64,000 nt of DNA. Origin: Candidatus Moanibacter sp. Lineage in GTDB: Bacteria > Verrucomicrobiota > Verrucomicrobiia > Opitutales > UBA2987. The stretch's first letter is position 1; every line of letters begins with the position of its first letter. Where the stretch lies: NCBI GenBank assembly GCA_965215885.1, contig CBDCEW010000036.1, forward strand, positions 1 through 64,000, written 5' to 3'. The notes under the pieces are model-generated. The model was not told the origin of the DNA. It made no database searches and was given only the letters and a program-made list of their open reading frames with translations. This document shows, piece by piece, positions 47,609-57,273 of the stretch. The position numbers were made by a program, and so were the translations under genes.

Positions 47609-49270
47609 ATGAGAGAGCTCCCTACAGTCAAGCGATTGGGTGATCGTCTACTCGATTGCGGTCTGATTACCCATCAGCAGCTCGAACTCGCTCTGCGAGA
47701 GCAGAAACGAACCGGCGATCTAATTGGTGTTACCCTGCAGGAGCTTGGATTCGTTAAGGAGCAGGATATTGCCGCCTTTCTCGCACAGGATGCTCAGACT
47801 GAGGTTATCGATATTCTAGAGGCGGAAATCGATCCCAATCTCTCTTCGTTAATTCCTTACGACCTGGCTAAACAGTTTATCATTATTTCTTTCAGGCAGG
47901 ATGGTGATACGCTTTCCCTTGCGATGTCAGATCCGTTCAACGTTATCGCGATCGATACGGTTGAGCAATTGACCCACCTGAAGATAAGAGTGCTGACAGC
48001 TCCTGCGCCTCAGATCCTGGAGAGACTGGTAAGCCTCTATGAAGAAGGCAATCTCCTCGACCAGACGATCAATGAACTGATGAGAATCGATGGTGAAGGC
48101 GGGGATACGGATGATACAGCACCGATGATTCGATTTGTTGATGAGATCCTTTTTCAGGCTGTAAAAATGGAGGACAGCGATATCCACTTTGAGCCGGATG
48201 AACGTGTACTTCGGATTCGTATTCGGGTGGATGGTATTCTTCAACCCTATTTGCTTGTTCCCAAGGATCTGCAGGACTCAATTTCCGCGCGGCTCAAGGT
48301 GCTCGGGAATCTTGATGTCGCGGAGTGTCGGCTTCCGCAGGACGGACGCGCAAGTTTAACGAAAGGCCATCGCGAAATTAATCTGAGGATTTCGACGATG
48401 CCTACCTGCTATGGTGAGAGTGTGGTTTTGCGGATTCTCGACGGTAGCAGCGCGGTTCCACTTCTCTCGGCGCTGGGGATGGAATCCAAAGAGGAAAGCC
48501 TCATCCTCAATTCCGTCGCCAAACCACATGGCATCATTCTTGTCACGGGGCCGACGGGAAGCGGAAAAACGACTACCCTCTACACTACACTCAATGCCGT
48601 CAATGCCGCGGAACGAAGCATTCTCACGCTGGAAGACCCTATTGAATATCGGCTTGGAGGTGTCCGTCAGACGCAAATTAACGAAAAAATCGGTCTAACC
48701 TTTGCAGGCGGTCTCCGGAACTTGCTGCGACAGGATCCGGATGTCATTCTGGTCGGTGAGACTCGCGACAGGGAAACGGCACAGCTGATGGTCCGCGCTG
48801 CTTTGACCGGACATCTTGTCCCGAGTTCTCTCCATACGAACGATTCCATCAGTGCGATTCCCAGATTGATCGATCTGGAAGTGGAGCCATTTCTCCTTCC
48901 TGCTACCCTTCAGTTGGTTATTGCTCAGCGCCTCGTGCGACGGCTTTGCTCACATTGCAGGGAGGAAATCTCCGAGGCCCGTTCCCTCCTCGAGGAATTA
49001 CCGGTTCCTTTGGATAAGGAGGAGTCCTTTCGGCTTTGGAGATCAGGGCAGTGCTCGGTTTGCAACGATTCCGGATACCGGGGACGAATAGGTATCTACG
49101 AATTGCTTAACATCGACGATGATTATCACTCCATTCTGCCAACGGGGGACGTTGAAAAAATTCGGTCACTCGCCTTGGAAAAAGGGCTCATACCTCTTCT
49201 TCGTAATGGTGTGAAAAAAGCAACGGAGGGTATTACGACTCTCGAGGAAGTCTTCCGGGTCTCTCAATAA
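47609..49270 (+). CDS. PilB/GspE/MshE assembly ATPase with MshEN domain
   Basis: RLGDRLLDCGLITHQQLELALREQ (MshEN), GPTGSGKTT, LRQDPDVILVGE, CSHC..CSVC. Confidence 0.93.
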   Translation: MRELPTVKRLGDRLLDCGLITHQQLELALREQKRTGDLIGVTLQELGFVKEQDIAAFLAQDAQTEVIDILEAEIDPNLSSLIPYDLAKQFIIISFRQDGDTLSLAMSDPFNVIAIDTVEQLTHLKIRVLTAPAPQILERLVSLYEEGNLLDQTINELMRIDGEGGDTDDTAPMIRFVDEILFQAVKMEDSDIHFEPDERVLRIRIRVDGILQPYLLVPKDLQDSISARLKVLGNLDVAECRLPQDGRASLTKGHREINLRISTMPTCYGESVVLRILDGSSAVPLLSALGMESKEESLILNSVAKPHGIILVTGPTGSGKTTTLYTTLNAVNAAERSILTLEDPIEYRLGGVRQTQINEKIGLTFAGGLRNLLRQDPDVILVGETRDRETAQLMVRAALTGHLVPSSLHTNDSISAIPRLIDLEVEPFLLPATLQLVIAQRLVRRLCSHCREEISEARSLLEELPVPLDKEESFRLWRSGQCSVCNDSGYRGRIGIYELLNIDDDYHSILPTGDVEKIRSLALEKGLIPLLRNGVKKATEGITTLEEVFRVSQ

Positions 49271-49284
49271 CGCCGATAACCGCC

Positions 49285-50499
49285 ATGCCTCATTATCAGT
49301 ACAGCGGAATCGATACATTAGGTAACAAAGTTTCCGGTTGGATGAACGCGGCGAGTGAGCCATTGCTCGAGTCACGACTCAGGAAGGAACGCATTTGGCT
49401 CTTAAGAGCAAAGCAATCGAAGAAGAGGAGTGGGGCTGGGCAATTCGCAGGGCGGAAAAGACGTATAAAGATCAGGCGGCGAATTCTCGTCAACTTTTTC
49501 CTGCAGCTGTCGCTACTTCTCCGCGCGGGGATCACTTTGCCAAGAGCATTGAAACGGTTGGCTGCAGATTTTCGCTCCAACCCTCTTGGAACGGTAATTG
49601 AGGACCTGTTGCGGCAGGTAGACAGTGGGGTTCCTTTTTTTGAGACTTTGCAAAGCTATCCGTCTATCTTTACTTCGCATATGTCGGCGATGGTTCACGC
49701 AGGCGAATTAAGCGGAAAGCTGCCCGATGTGATCGACGAATTACGCCGCTATCTTGAATGGATGGACCGCCTGATGTTGGATATCAGGCAGGCTCTCCTT
49801 TATCCACTCATCGTATTTTGTGCCTCCCTGGCGTTTATGCTTATGCTCTTCTCCTTCGTGGTTCCTCGGTTTGTCGTCGTCTTTGAGAGCTTTTCCCTGA
49901 AGTTACCGGCCATAACGCAACTGGTGATGAATGTCAGCGGCTTCATACAAGCCTACTGGGCGATCTGGTTGGGGATCGGATTCCTTTTTTTAGGGTTTCT
50001 GTGCTTGAGTCGTAGAATCGGGCTTCTGGGTATCTTCAGGGATCGATTGTTGATGAGGATACCGCTATTCGGAAAGTTGGTACAGATCTTTGCCTTGTCC
50101 CGGTTCTGTAACAATCTGGCGATGCTCTACAAGGCCGGTATCCCCCTCCTCAAAGCCATCGAGATCTGCAAATATCTTGTCGGAAACCATGTTGTCAGGA
50201 TCGCTTTGGGGGAAGTGCACAAGGGAGTGAAAGAGGGTATTCCCATGAGTACGATCATGTCACGATACAGCGTCTTCACCAACACGCTTGTAACTGTAGT
50301 GTCAACCGGCGAGGCGTCCGGCAACCTCGATGTCGCAATGAGTAATCTGGCAGCCTACTACGACGAATTGATCCCGCGTCAGATTAAGACAGTCTTCTCT
50401 GTCTTTGAGCCGATCATGATGCTTGGTCTGATCGGCGTAGTCGGCGTTGTCGCGGTGTCGCTTATTCTTCCCATCATCCAGCTTTGGCAATCGGTGTGA
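49285..50499 (+). CDS. PilC/GspF platform protein
   Basis: LLRAGI, AGELSGKL, ALLYP, GEASGNLD, FEPIMM. Confidence 0.92.
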   Translation: MPHYQYSGIDTLGNKVSGWMNAASEPLLESRLRKERIWLLRAKQSKKRSGAGQFAGRKRRIKIRRRILVNFFLQLSLLLRAGITLPRALKRLAADFRSNPLGTVIEDLLRQVDSGVPFFETLQSYPSIFTSHMSAMVHAGELSGKLPDVIDELRRYLEWMDRLMLDIRQALLYPLIVFCASLAFMLMLFSFVVPRFVVVFESFSLKLPAITQLVMNVSGFIQAYWAIWLGIGFLFLGFLCLSRRIGLLGIFRDRLLMRIPLFGKLVQIFALSRFCNNLAMLYKAGIPLLKAIEICKYLVGNHVVRIALGEVHKGVKEGIPMSTIMSRYSVFTNTLVTVVSTGEASGNLDVAMSNLAAYYDELIPRQIKTVFSVFEPIMMLGLIGVVGVVAVSLILPIIQLWQSV

Positions 50500-51707
50500 A
50501 TTGCGAGAGAGCAGGCCCAATGCCCCTTGTCGATCAATACCCGCGGCAGAAGTGTGACGCATTTCTCAGTCTTGATCACTATCAGTTGCTGGTCGAAGCC
50601 GGGTTGGGATTGTTGAGCAGCTTGGGGCATCTTGAGGAACTTCTCGACAACACTTTGGACTACGCATTGCGGATTACTCGTGCTCAGGCCGGTAACGTTT
50701 ACCTCGTTCAGGACGATACTCTAAAATTTCGTGCATCTCGAAATCTCATTCTAGATGCGCAGGGTGGAGCAAACTTTCGCGAGGAGAAACGTAGTGCGCT
50801 CTCCGAAGACAAAATTGCGGGCCATGTCGCCCTCACCGGTGAGCTCCTCTTCATTGAGGACGTCTACAATCTGCCTTCTCATCTTCCCTTTCATTTTGCT
50901 CGAGAGATTGACCAGGATTCCGGATTCAGGACGCAGTCCATGCTGGTCATTCCTTTGATTGGTTTGGAGAATCGAATAACCGGGGTTCTTCAGCTGATTA
51001 ATCATCAGAACGAAATCGGAGTGGCACCGTTTCCTCCGTCGCTCGAAATCGCCGCCCGTACACTCGCCGCCGAGGTAGGAGTAAGCCTGCAGAATACGTT
51101 ACTTCAGCAGCAACTTCGGTCAGCCGAAGAGGAAACCGTTTACCGTCTATGTCTAGCCGCCGAAACCCGCGATAACGAGACCGCGGGGCACCTTCACCGT
51201 ACCAGTCGCTACATGCATCTGCTCGCCTTTAGTTTTAGAGGGCAGCGAATTTGGGCCAAACGCCTCGAGGCCTCAGCGCCTTTGCATGATATCGGGAAAA
51301 TTGGAATACCCGACGGTATCCTTAACAACAACGGCCCTTTGACCGCCCCTGAGTGGGAAACTATGCGCACCCACACGACCATAGGACACCGGATTCTGGT
51401 TGGCAGCTCGTCTGACCTGCTCAGGCTGGGAGCAGATATCGCTTTGTCTCATCATGAGAAGTGGGACGGCAGTGGTTACCCCCAGGGAATTTCGGGTGAA
51501 ACCATACCTATTGAGGGCCGATTGATGGCTCTGGTCGATGTTTTTGATGCTTTAACCACCCGCCGGCCTTACAAGGACGCATGGCCCCTGAGAGACGCGT
51601 TTGCTCACATCCGGAAGGAAAGTGGGCGTCACTTCGATCCTTCCCTCGTAGAACTCTTTTTCGAGAACCGTGAAGCTGTCGTCTCCATCTATAAGAGGTT
51701 TAGTTAA
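50484..51707 (+). CDS. GAF + HD-GYP cyclic-dinucleotide phosphodiesterase
   Basis: GAF motifs IAGHVA..GVLQLIN; LHDIGKIG, HHEKWDGSGYP, DVFDALTTRRPYK. Confidence 0.92.
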   Translation: MAIGVNCERAGPMPLVDQYPRQKCDAFLSLDHYQLLVEAGLGLLSSLGHLEELLDNTLDYALRITRAQAGNVYLVQDDTLKFRASRNLILDAQGGANFREEKRSALSEDKIAGHVALTGELLFIEDVYNLPSHLPFHFAREIDQDSGFRTQSMLVIPLIGLENRITGVLQLINHQNEIGVAPFPPSLEIAARTLAAEVGVSLQNTLLQQQLRSAEEETVYRLCLAAETRDNETAGHLHRTSRYMHLLAFSFRGQRIWAKRLEASAPLHDIGKIGIPDGILNNNGPLTAPEWETMRTHTTIGHRILVGSSSDLLRLGADIALSHHEKWDGSGYPQGISGETIPIEGRLMALVDVFDALTTRRPYKDAWPLRDAFAHIRKESGRHFDPSLVELFFENREAVVSIYKRFS

Positions 51708-51778
51708 CTAACCCGGAATTCTCACTGGAATTACGCGTCAACAGCAAAGCTGAAACTGAGAAGATTGAGAGCTAGCTA

Positions 51779-52579
51779 ATGAAAACATCGGTTTCGAGAG
51801 AGAAGGTGGGATTTTCCCTCATTGAGATTATTGGAGCGCTCTCGATCATTGCGATTCTATCGGCCGTTCTCGCTCCCAATATTCTAAAATCCATCGATCG
51901 TGCCAAGGTCGCGGGCGAGAGCGATAACTTAGGGGTCTTGGGCGACCAGATAAAACTCTATCTCCGTGAAAACAATGCACTCCCCACGCCATCCAACTGG
52001 GCCGACCGGCTCTCCTCATATTCGGACCTCAATGCAGACGCCATAGCCAACAATCGACAAAACGTAGCCCGCTCCTTTATTCGAGATCGTTCGACTCTTC
52101 CTGTGGTCCGCATCCTTATCCTTTCGAGTATGCGAAATGGACTAAACCTGCCAGTCGAGGCGAATATCGGAACGGTCGCGTTTGATGAGATCTGGAATAC
52201 CGCCGACGGCCAGATCCCACCTGCCTCCTCGTGGGGCGGATGGAATAGTTGGAGCAGTGTCGAAGTCGCCCGTGATTATCTCGTAATCCAGCGAGTGAAC
52301 CTTCAAACGGTTTATCAGACCGATCTGCTCACCTATACGGTAAGCCTCAATAATATCTCCTCGGTCGAATGCAGCTACAACATTGTGAGCGCAGACGGGT
52401 CTAGTATCCCTGCCGTAGATCTTCACGGAAATTCGACTCAATCACTCACGGGTTTTATGAAGGGCGATAGGATCAATCTCTACCGAAGCTCGAATGGGTC
52501 GAACCTTGGCTACAGTTATGTTGTCAGCGATTCCGGGATGACATTCGATTTCGATGGGAGTGCTTGGAGACCACTCTAA
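51779..52579 (+). CDS. Type IV pilin / pseudopilin (minor)
   Basis: VG|FSLIEIIGALSIIAILSAVLAP. Confidence 0.85.
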   Translation: MKTSVSREKVGFSLIEIIGALSIIAILSAVLAPNILKSIDRAKVAGESDNLGVLGDQIKLYLRENNALPTPSNWADRLSSYSDLNADAIANNRQNVARSFIRDRSTLPVVRILILSSMRNGLNLPVEANIGTVAFDEIWNTADGQIPPASSWGGWNSWSSVEVARDYLVIQRVNLQTVYQTDLLTYTVSLNNISSVECSYNIVSADGSSIPAVDLHGNSTQSLTGFMKGDRINLYRSSNGSNLGYSYVVSDSGMTFDFDGSAWRPL

Positions 52580-52621
52580 GAATCTGTCCGGCTTAGAATT
52601 CCTAACATAAAGCGCGAATCT

Positions 52622-54142
52622 ATGAGTTTGTTGATTGCAGAACGATCTTCAACCACCGTGGCCTCAGAAGACGGGGAGAGGTCGGTTAATCTGTCGAGTC
52701 GCAGATTGGACAGAAGGGAGACTGATTGTGCGGCCCACTACAGAGAGAAAAAGGGCGATAAATTGAGTATAGCCTGGTTCTATGGCGAATTTAGAGCAGG
52801 GGTCATTCGAAATTCCACCCTTATTCGAACTTGGGAAAGCCCTACGTTAGTTGATGGGTCCGATTCGTTCGCCCGTGCTCTGGATTTGGCTGTAGGGAAT
52901 CTTCGGTTTTCAGGAAAAGATGTATCCCTACTCCTCGAAATTGAAGGTTTCAGCCATCATGTCGAGAGTGTGCCTAATGCTTCGAATTCGATTCAGCGTA
53001 GGGTTCTCTATCGTCGTGTAGAGCAGTACGCCGAAACCGAAGAGAGCGGAGTTCAATGGGCATTTCAAAGAGCTCATGGCAATGGCTCCGGCATGAATTT
53101 CATCTTACATATTCTGCCGAATCGCGTCTTTGAAGATATAAGAGCTGCCATGGCGAAACATAATCTCAATTTGACCAGAGTCGTTTCCCTTTATGCTCTT
53201 TTTCACGGCGCCATAAAGAGACTATCACTTCAGGGCGATCAGATTGTTTTGATTGCCTCCCAGATAGGAGGAGCGATCGCGTTGGTCGCTTGCCGTTGCG
53301 ACGGCCAGATCCTTTTTGGGAGAACGCTTCTTGCGAGTTGGAAGAGTGATTTGAGTCGAGTGGAAACGGAGATCAACCGTTCCATCCTATTCGTGCGGCA
53401 GCAATTCAATCTCTCAATCAGTCGAATCGTTCTTTTGGGAGAGGGTGCCGAGGCCGTGAAAGCTGGTATGTCCTCGAAATATGGAAATGTCTATGAAATC
53501 ATAGCCCGCCGATGGGAACCATTCAAATGGCTGAGTGAAACCGTCAAGCTCTCTCTCCGGCATCATGCTAATCTCGTCGGCGTCTATTCTTGGAGAAAAC
53601 GTAGAAGAAGGGTCTTCAGTCAGCTTCTCGGCGGCTTTTGCTGGCTGATTTTCGCTGTTTCAATTTTTACGTGCTTTGATACTGAGCAAAGGCTCGACAT
53701 TCTCAAACTCAGGTTGGGAGTACTCAGCCAGAGACTGGAAACTCTCACTCAACGCAGGGACTATCTCGTGCAGCGTAATGCAGAAGGCTGGTCTGACTTT
53801 CAGATTATAGCCGAAACTGTCGATAATCGAAAGCCCCCGGCTGCTTTACACTTTCTGAACCATTCCGCTGAGCATCTTCCATCCAATCTTCGTCTGACAC
53901 AGTTCATGATGAAATCGACGAAAGACGATTCCACTTGGAAGTTTCGCTTCGACGGCCTGGGTGAATCTGACGCGAATGAGACTGTGGTGGCGCTGCAGGA
54001 GTTTGAAGAGATCTTGCGCAGCGGTCCGTTTCGTGTGTCCGTGACTTTGAGCAATAATTCCGAGGTGGGAAGCTTATTTGCCCGCAGGAGTTCTTCGAAT
54101 CCACCAGGCTTTTTTATTGAAGGAGAATTTCTCAGATTGTGA
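52622..54142 (+). CDS. PilM/PilN- or GspL-like alignment protein
   Basis: Cytoplasmic region with ETEINRSILF, one TM helix, coiled coil, LPSNLRLTQF; operon position. Confidence 0.6.
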   Translation: MSLLIAERSSTTVASEDGERSVNLSSRRLDRRETDCAAHYREKKGDKLSIAWFYGEFRAGVIRNSTLIRTWESPTLVDGSDSFARALDLAVGNLRFSGKDVSLLLEIEGFSHHVESVPNASNSIQRRVLYRRVEQYAETEESGVQWAFQRAHGNGSGMNFILHILPNRVFEDIRAAMAKHNLNLTRVVSLYALFHGAIKRLSLQGDQIVLIASQIGGAIALVACRCDGQILFGRTLLASWKSDLSRVETEINRSILFVRQQFNLSISRIVLLGEGAEAVKAGMSSKYGNVYEIIARRWEPFKWLSETVKLSLRHHANLVGVYSWRKRRRRVFSQLLGGFCWLIFAVSIFTCFDTEQRLDILKLRLGVLSQRLETLTQRRDYLVQRNAEGWSDFQIIAETVDNRKPPAALHFLNHSAEHLPSNLRLTQFMMKSTKDDSTWKFRFDGLGESDANETVVALQEFEEILRSGPFRVSVTLSNNSEVGSLFARRSSSNPPGFFIEGEFLRL

Positions 54143-55356
54143 GGGAACTTAGATCTTGGTGCCTTTTGTGAATGTTGTGCGAAAAATCCTCCCGCTTAAG
54201 AATGAACTGAAGAGCGGGCGCTTCTGGCTGAAGCATATCCACTGGGTAGCTCCTTTGGCAGCGACTTTCTTGATGCTTACGTGGACCTACGGGATCCACG
54301 CCCCAGGGATTCGAAAGATTCTGCATGAAAATCACGGCCTTTTCGCTCTGGAAGCGGAGATTGAAAGCCTCGAATTGGCTTTTTCAGAACAGCAGGTCTT
54401 GGATTTTTCGATTCGATCGAAGGATGCGGAGATTTTTCTACTGCGAAATACGGGCGAAGCGGAGTCGATGTTAGACACCATTGAAGAGAAAGCAACTCTT
54501 CTAGGATGGAATTCCCGTTTCGGACAGGGTAAAAGGATTCCAGGAAGCAACTAGCTGATAAGCAAGAAGATAAAAAAAGAGCTAAACAAACCCGAGGGAA
54601 TCAGTCATGTTAAGATGGGATGAAAGACAAAAAATCTTACCAACTGAATCCTTCGATAGATCGTTTAACTCTGCGTCTGGTCCTGCCCGAAGAGCAGGAG
54701 CGATTCAATGATCTATTGAAACAACATCATTATTTACACAGTGCGGGCAGCGCAGGAGAGACCCTGCGCTATGTGGCGCAGATCGACGGGCAATGGATGG
54801 GCCTGCTCTTGTGGGGGGCCGCATCCTACCGGCTGAAGGATCGAGACGAATGGATCGGGAGGGACGGGGCGCAACGGCATGCACGATTGAAACTGGTAGT
54901 ACAGAACCGGCGTTTTCTGATTTTGCCCGGGGTGGATCTTGCAAATTTGGCCTCCAAGACGTTGGGTATGTGCCTGAGAGTCTTAGCCGATCACTGGCAG
55001 GAGGCTTTTGGCTATCGTCCCTTAGTAGCGGAAACGTTCGTGGACCCACAGATTCACCGGGGCACTTGCTACGAAGCGAGCGGGTGGACGCCCTTGGGCT
55101 TGAGCGCGGGATATGGCCGCCAACGCGAAGATTTCTATCAACGCCATGAGCGTCCCAAGCAGATCTGGGTCAAACCCCTCAAGGCTAATGCCCTTGAGCT
55201 TTTGCGCGCTTCAGGGCCATTGCCCGCGGCACAGAGCCAGGCGCTCAATGAAACCGATAACTCCCATGCGGTCTGCCTCAAAGTGGAACAGATGAGCAGC
55301 CTGTGGGAACGCTTCAATCAGATAGAAGACTTCCGTCGTAAAGCGGGCCTTAGATA

Positions 55357-57273
55357 GACCTTATCCGAAAAGCTACTGATTGGCCGCAAAGAGGCGCAAA
55401 AGGCGCAAGAAAAACTTGAGAAAAATCATTTTTTGGCTTGATAAAAAGTGTCGCAACATGCTAGTGTTTAACAACCTAAGATTAAGAAAGGAGTTAAACA
55501 TGCCAACATGTGCGACAGAGGAGAACAAAAGCGATAAGACGCCCCTTAGCAACCTCATTCTGCCGGTTCCAGACACGGATTTCCGTGATTTTCTGGATGA
55601 AGTTGAAGAATTGGCCGGGTTCGCGGCGCAAATCATCGAGGCGATCGAGAAGGATCTGGACGCCCATGCGCGTGAGAAGAAGAAACTTCGATTGGAAGAT
55701 CGCAGGTTCTTTGAAGGGCGCACAGCGGAGCTGCCGGAGCTGGACATCGAGGAGGAGAATATTCTGGCTGCTGAATTGAATCTTGGGGCAGGCCGGCCGC
55801 GGATGCCGGCTTATGCGGTATACGTGTTCGTGATGATTCGAGGGTTTCTGGGTTCGTTGACCACGAAACCGGCACGGCGGTTTGTGCGCGAGTCGATGAG
55901 CTTGTACGGATTTTTGCAGAGCGGGGGACTGAGAATGCCGGCGGTGACGACGATTCTGGAGAACGTGAACCTGGTCAGCCATACGACCCGCGAGTTGATC
56001 TTTGATAAACAGATTGGGTTTATCCTCCAGGAGCAATGGGACGATTTCGGGAAGCTGACGATCGACAGCACCTCGGTGAAAGCAAACAGCTGCTGGCCCA
56101 CCGATGGGAAGATTCTGAGCGGTCTTTTGATGCGGGCCAATCGTTTGGGTCAGAAGTTGCATGTCTTCGGGCTGGAGGATTTTCGCAAGGGATGGGTTGG
56201 GCGTTGGCTGGAGGAAATGGACAAGCTGGAGTTTCAGATTTGTCTGGCCGCGGGCAAACCGAAGTCGAAGGGCAAGCTGAAGAAACACTACCGGCGGTTG
56301 CTCAAGCGGGGCCGCAAGGCGGCCGACTCACTAACGGGGGAACTGAGCCATCTTGAAGAGGGCCTGTCGATGGATTCACTGCCTCCCACTCGCCGGGAGC
56401 TTCTGGAGCGGGCATTGAGCCAGATCAGGGGCGATATTGCCGACGCCAAGCGGGTTGTTGAGTATGCTCATGATCGGGTGTTTCACGAAAAGAAGCTACC
56501 GTCCACACAGAAGGTCCTGAGCCTCTCGGACGGATCGGCGGCCTACATCAAGAAGGGCAGCCGCAATCCAGTGATCGGGTACAAGCCACAACTGGTTCGC
56601 AGCGAAAACGGTTTTGTCACCAGCCTGATCGTACCGCAAGGCAACGCGGCAGACTCCATTGAGCTGGCGCCGGCCATCGGCGATTCGATCAAGCGCACCG
56701 GTGTCATTGCTGAACTGGTCAGCACCGATGACGGATATGCTTCGGCGAAGGGACGCAAGGAGGTGCTGAGCATGGGGGTAAAGCAGATCAGTATCAGTGG
56801 GGCGAAGGGCAAGAAGTTGACCACCCCCGAGGACTGGGAGAGCGAGGCGTATCGCGAGGCACGCCGCGATCGCTCCGCAGTGGAGTCGCTGATGTTCACG
56901 ATTAAAGATGGATTTGCCTTTGGCGAACTCGGCCGCCGCGGCATCGATGCGGTAGGCGATGAACTGCTCGAGAAGGTTCTGGCCTACAACTTCTGCCGCA
57001 TCATACTGATGAAGAAACGCCGAGGGGAGGAACTGGAACAGGCAGCCTGAATCTGACCGCTTTGAAGCTCAGAGAAAAAAGCACCACGGGATGAGTATGC
57101 CTCCAGACAGCGGCAAATATACGTATTGTGCAGCAAGCCACGCCGATGGCCGCTCAATACCTGCTCATCGGCAGCGCCGGCAGCCTAAAACCCGAAACCT
57201 GCCAGCCATAGGCTGGTCCGCCCGTGGCGGAGAACCTTAAACCGCCCGCTCGAAAGGCTTTTCGAATGGGGTC
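55357..57273 (+). mobile_element. Nested IS5/ISNCY-like insertion sequence
   Basis: IRs GACCTTATCCGAAAAGC / GCTTTTCGAATGGGGTC; duplication TAGATA (or AGAT if the ends are 1 nt wider). Confidence 0.85.
55500..57050 (+). CDS. DDE transposase (IS5/ISNCY-like)
   Basis: GRPRM, IDSTSVKAN, YIKKG..IGYK, TDDGYAS, RSAVESL; AAGGAG RBS before ATG 55500. Confidence 0.85.
   Translation: MPTCATEENKSDKTPLSNLILPVPDTDFRDFLDEVEELAGFAAQIIEAIEKDLDAHAREKKKLRLEDRRFFEGRTAELPELDIEEENILAAELNLGAGRPRMPAYAVYVFVMIRGFLGSLTTKPARRFVRESMSLYGFLQSGGLRMPAVTTILENVNLVSHTTRELIFDKQIGFILQEQWDDFGKLTIDSTSVKANSCWPTDGKILSGLLMRANRLGQKLHVFGLEDFRKGWVGRWLEEMDKLEFQICLAAGKPKSKGKLKKHYRRLLKRGRKAADSLTGELSHLEEGLSMDSLPPTRRELLERALSQIRGDIADAKRVVEYAHDRVFHEKKLPSTQKVLSLSDGSAAYIKKGSRNPVIGYKPQLVRSENGFVTSLIVPQGNAADSIELAPAIGDSIKRTGVIAELVSTDDGYASAKGRKEVLSMGVKQISISGAKGKKLTTPEDWESEAYREARRDRSAVESLMFTIKDGFAFGELGRRGIDAVGDELLEKVLAYNFCRIILMKKRRGEELEQAA

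Noticed and set aside
54620..55357. Druantia defence system
   Set aside because: The DruA-like domain is part of the IS transposase, and no other Druantia genes are adjacent.
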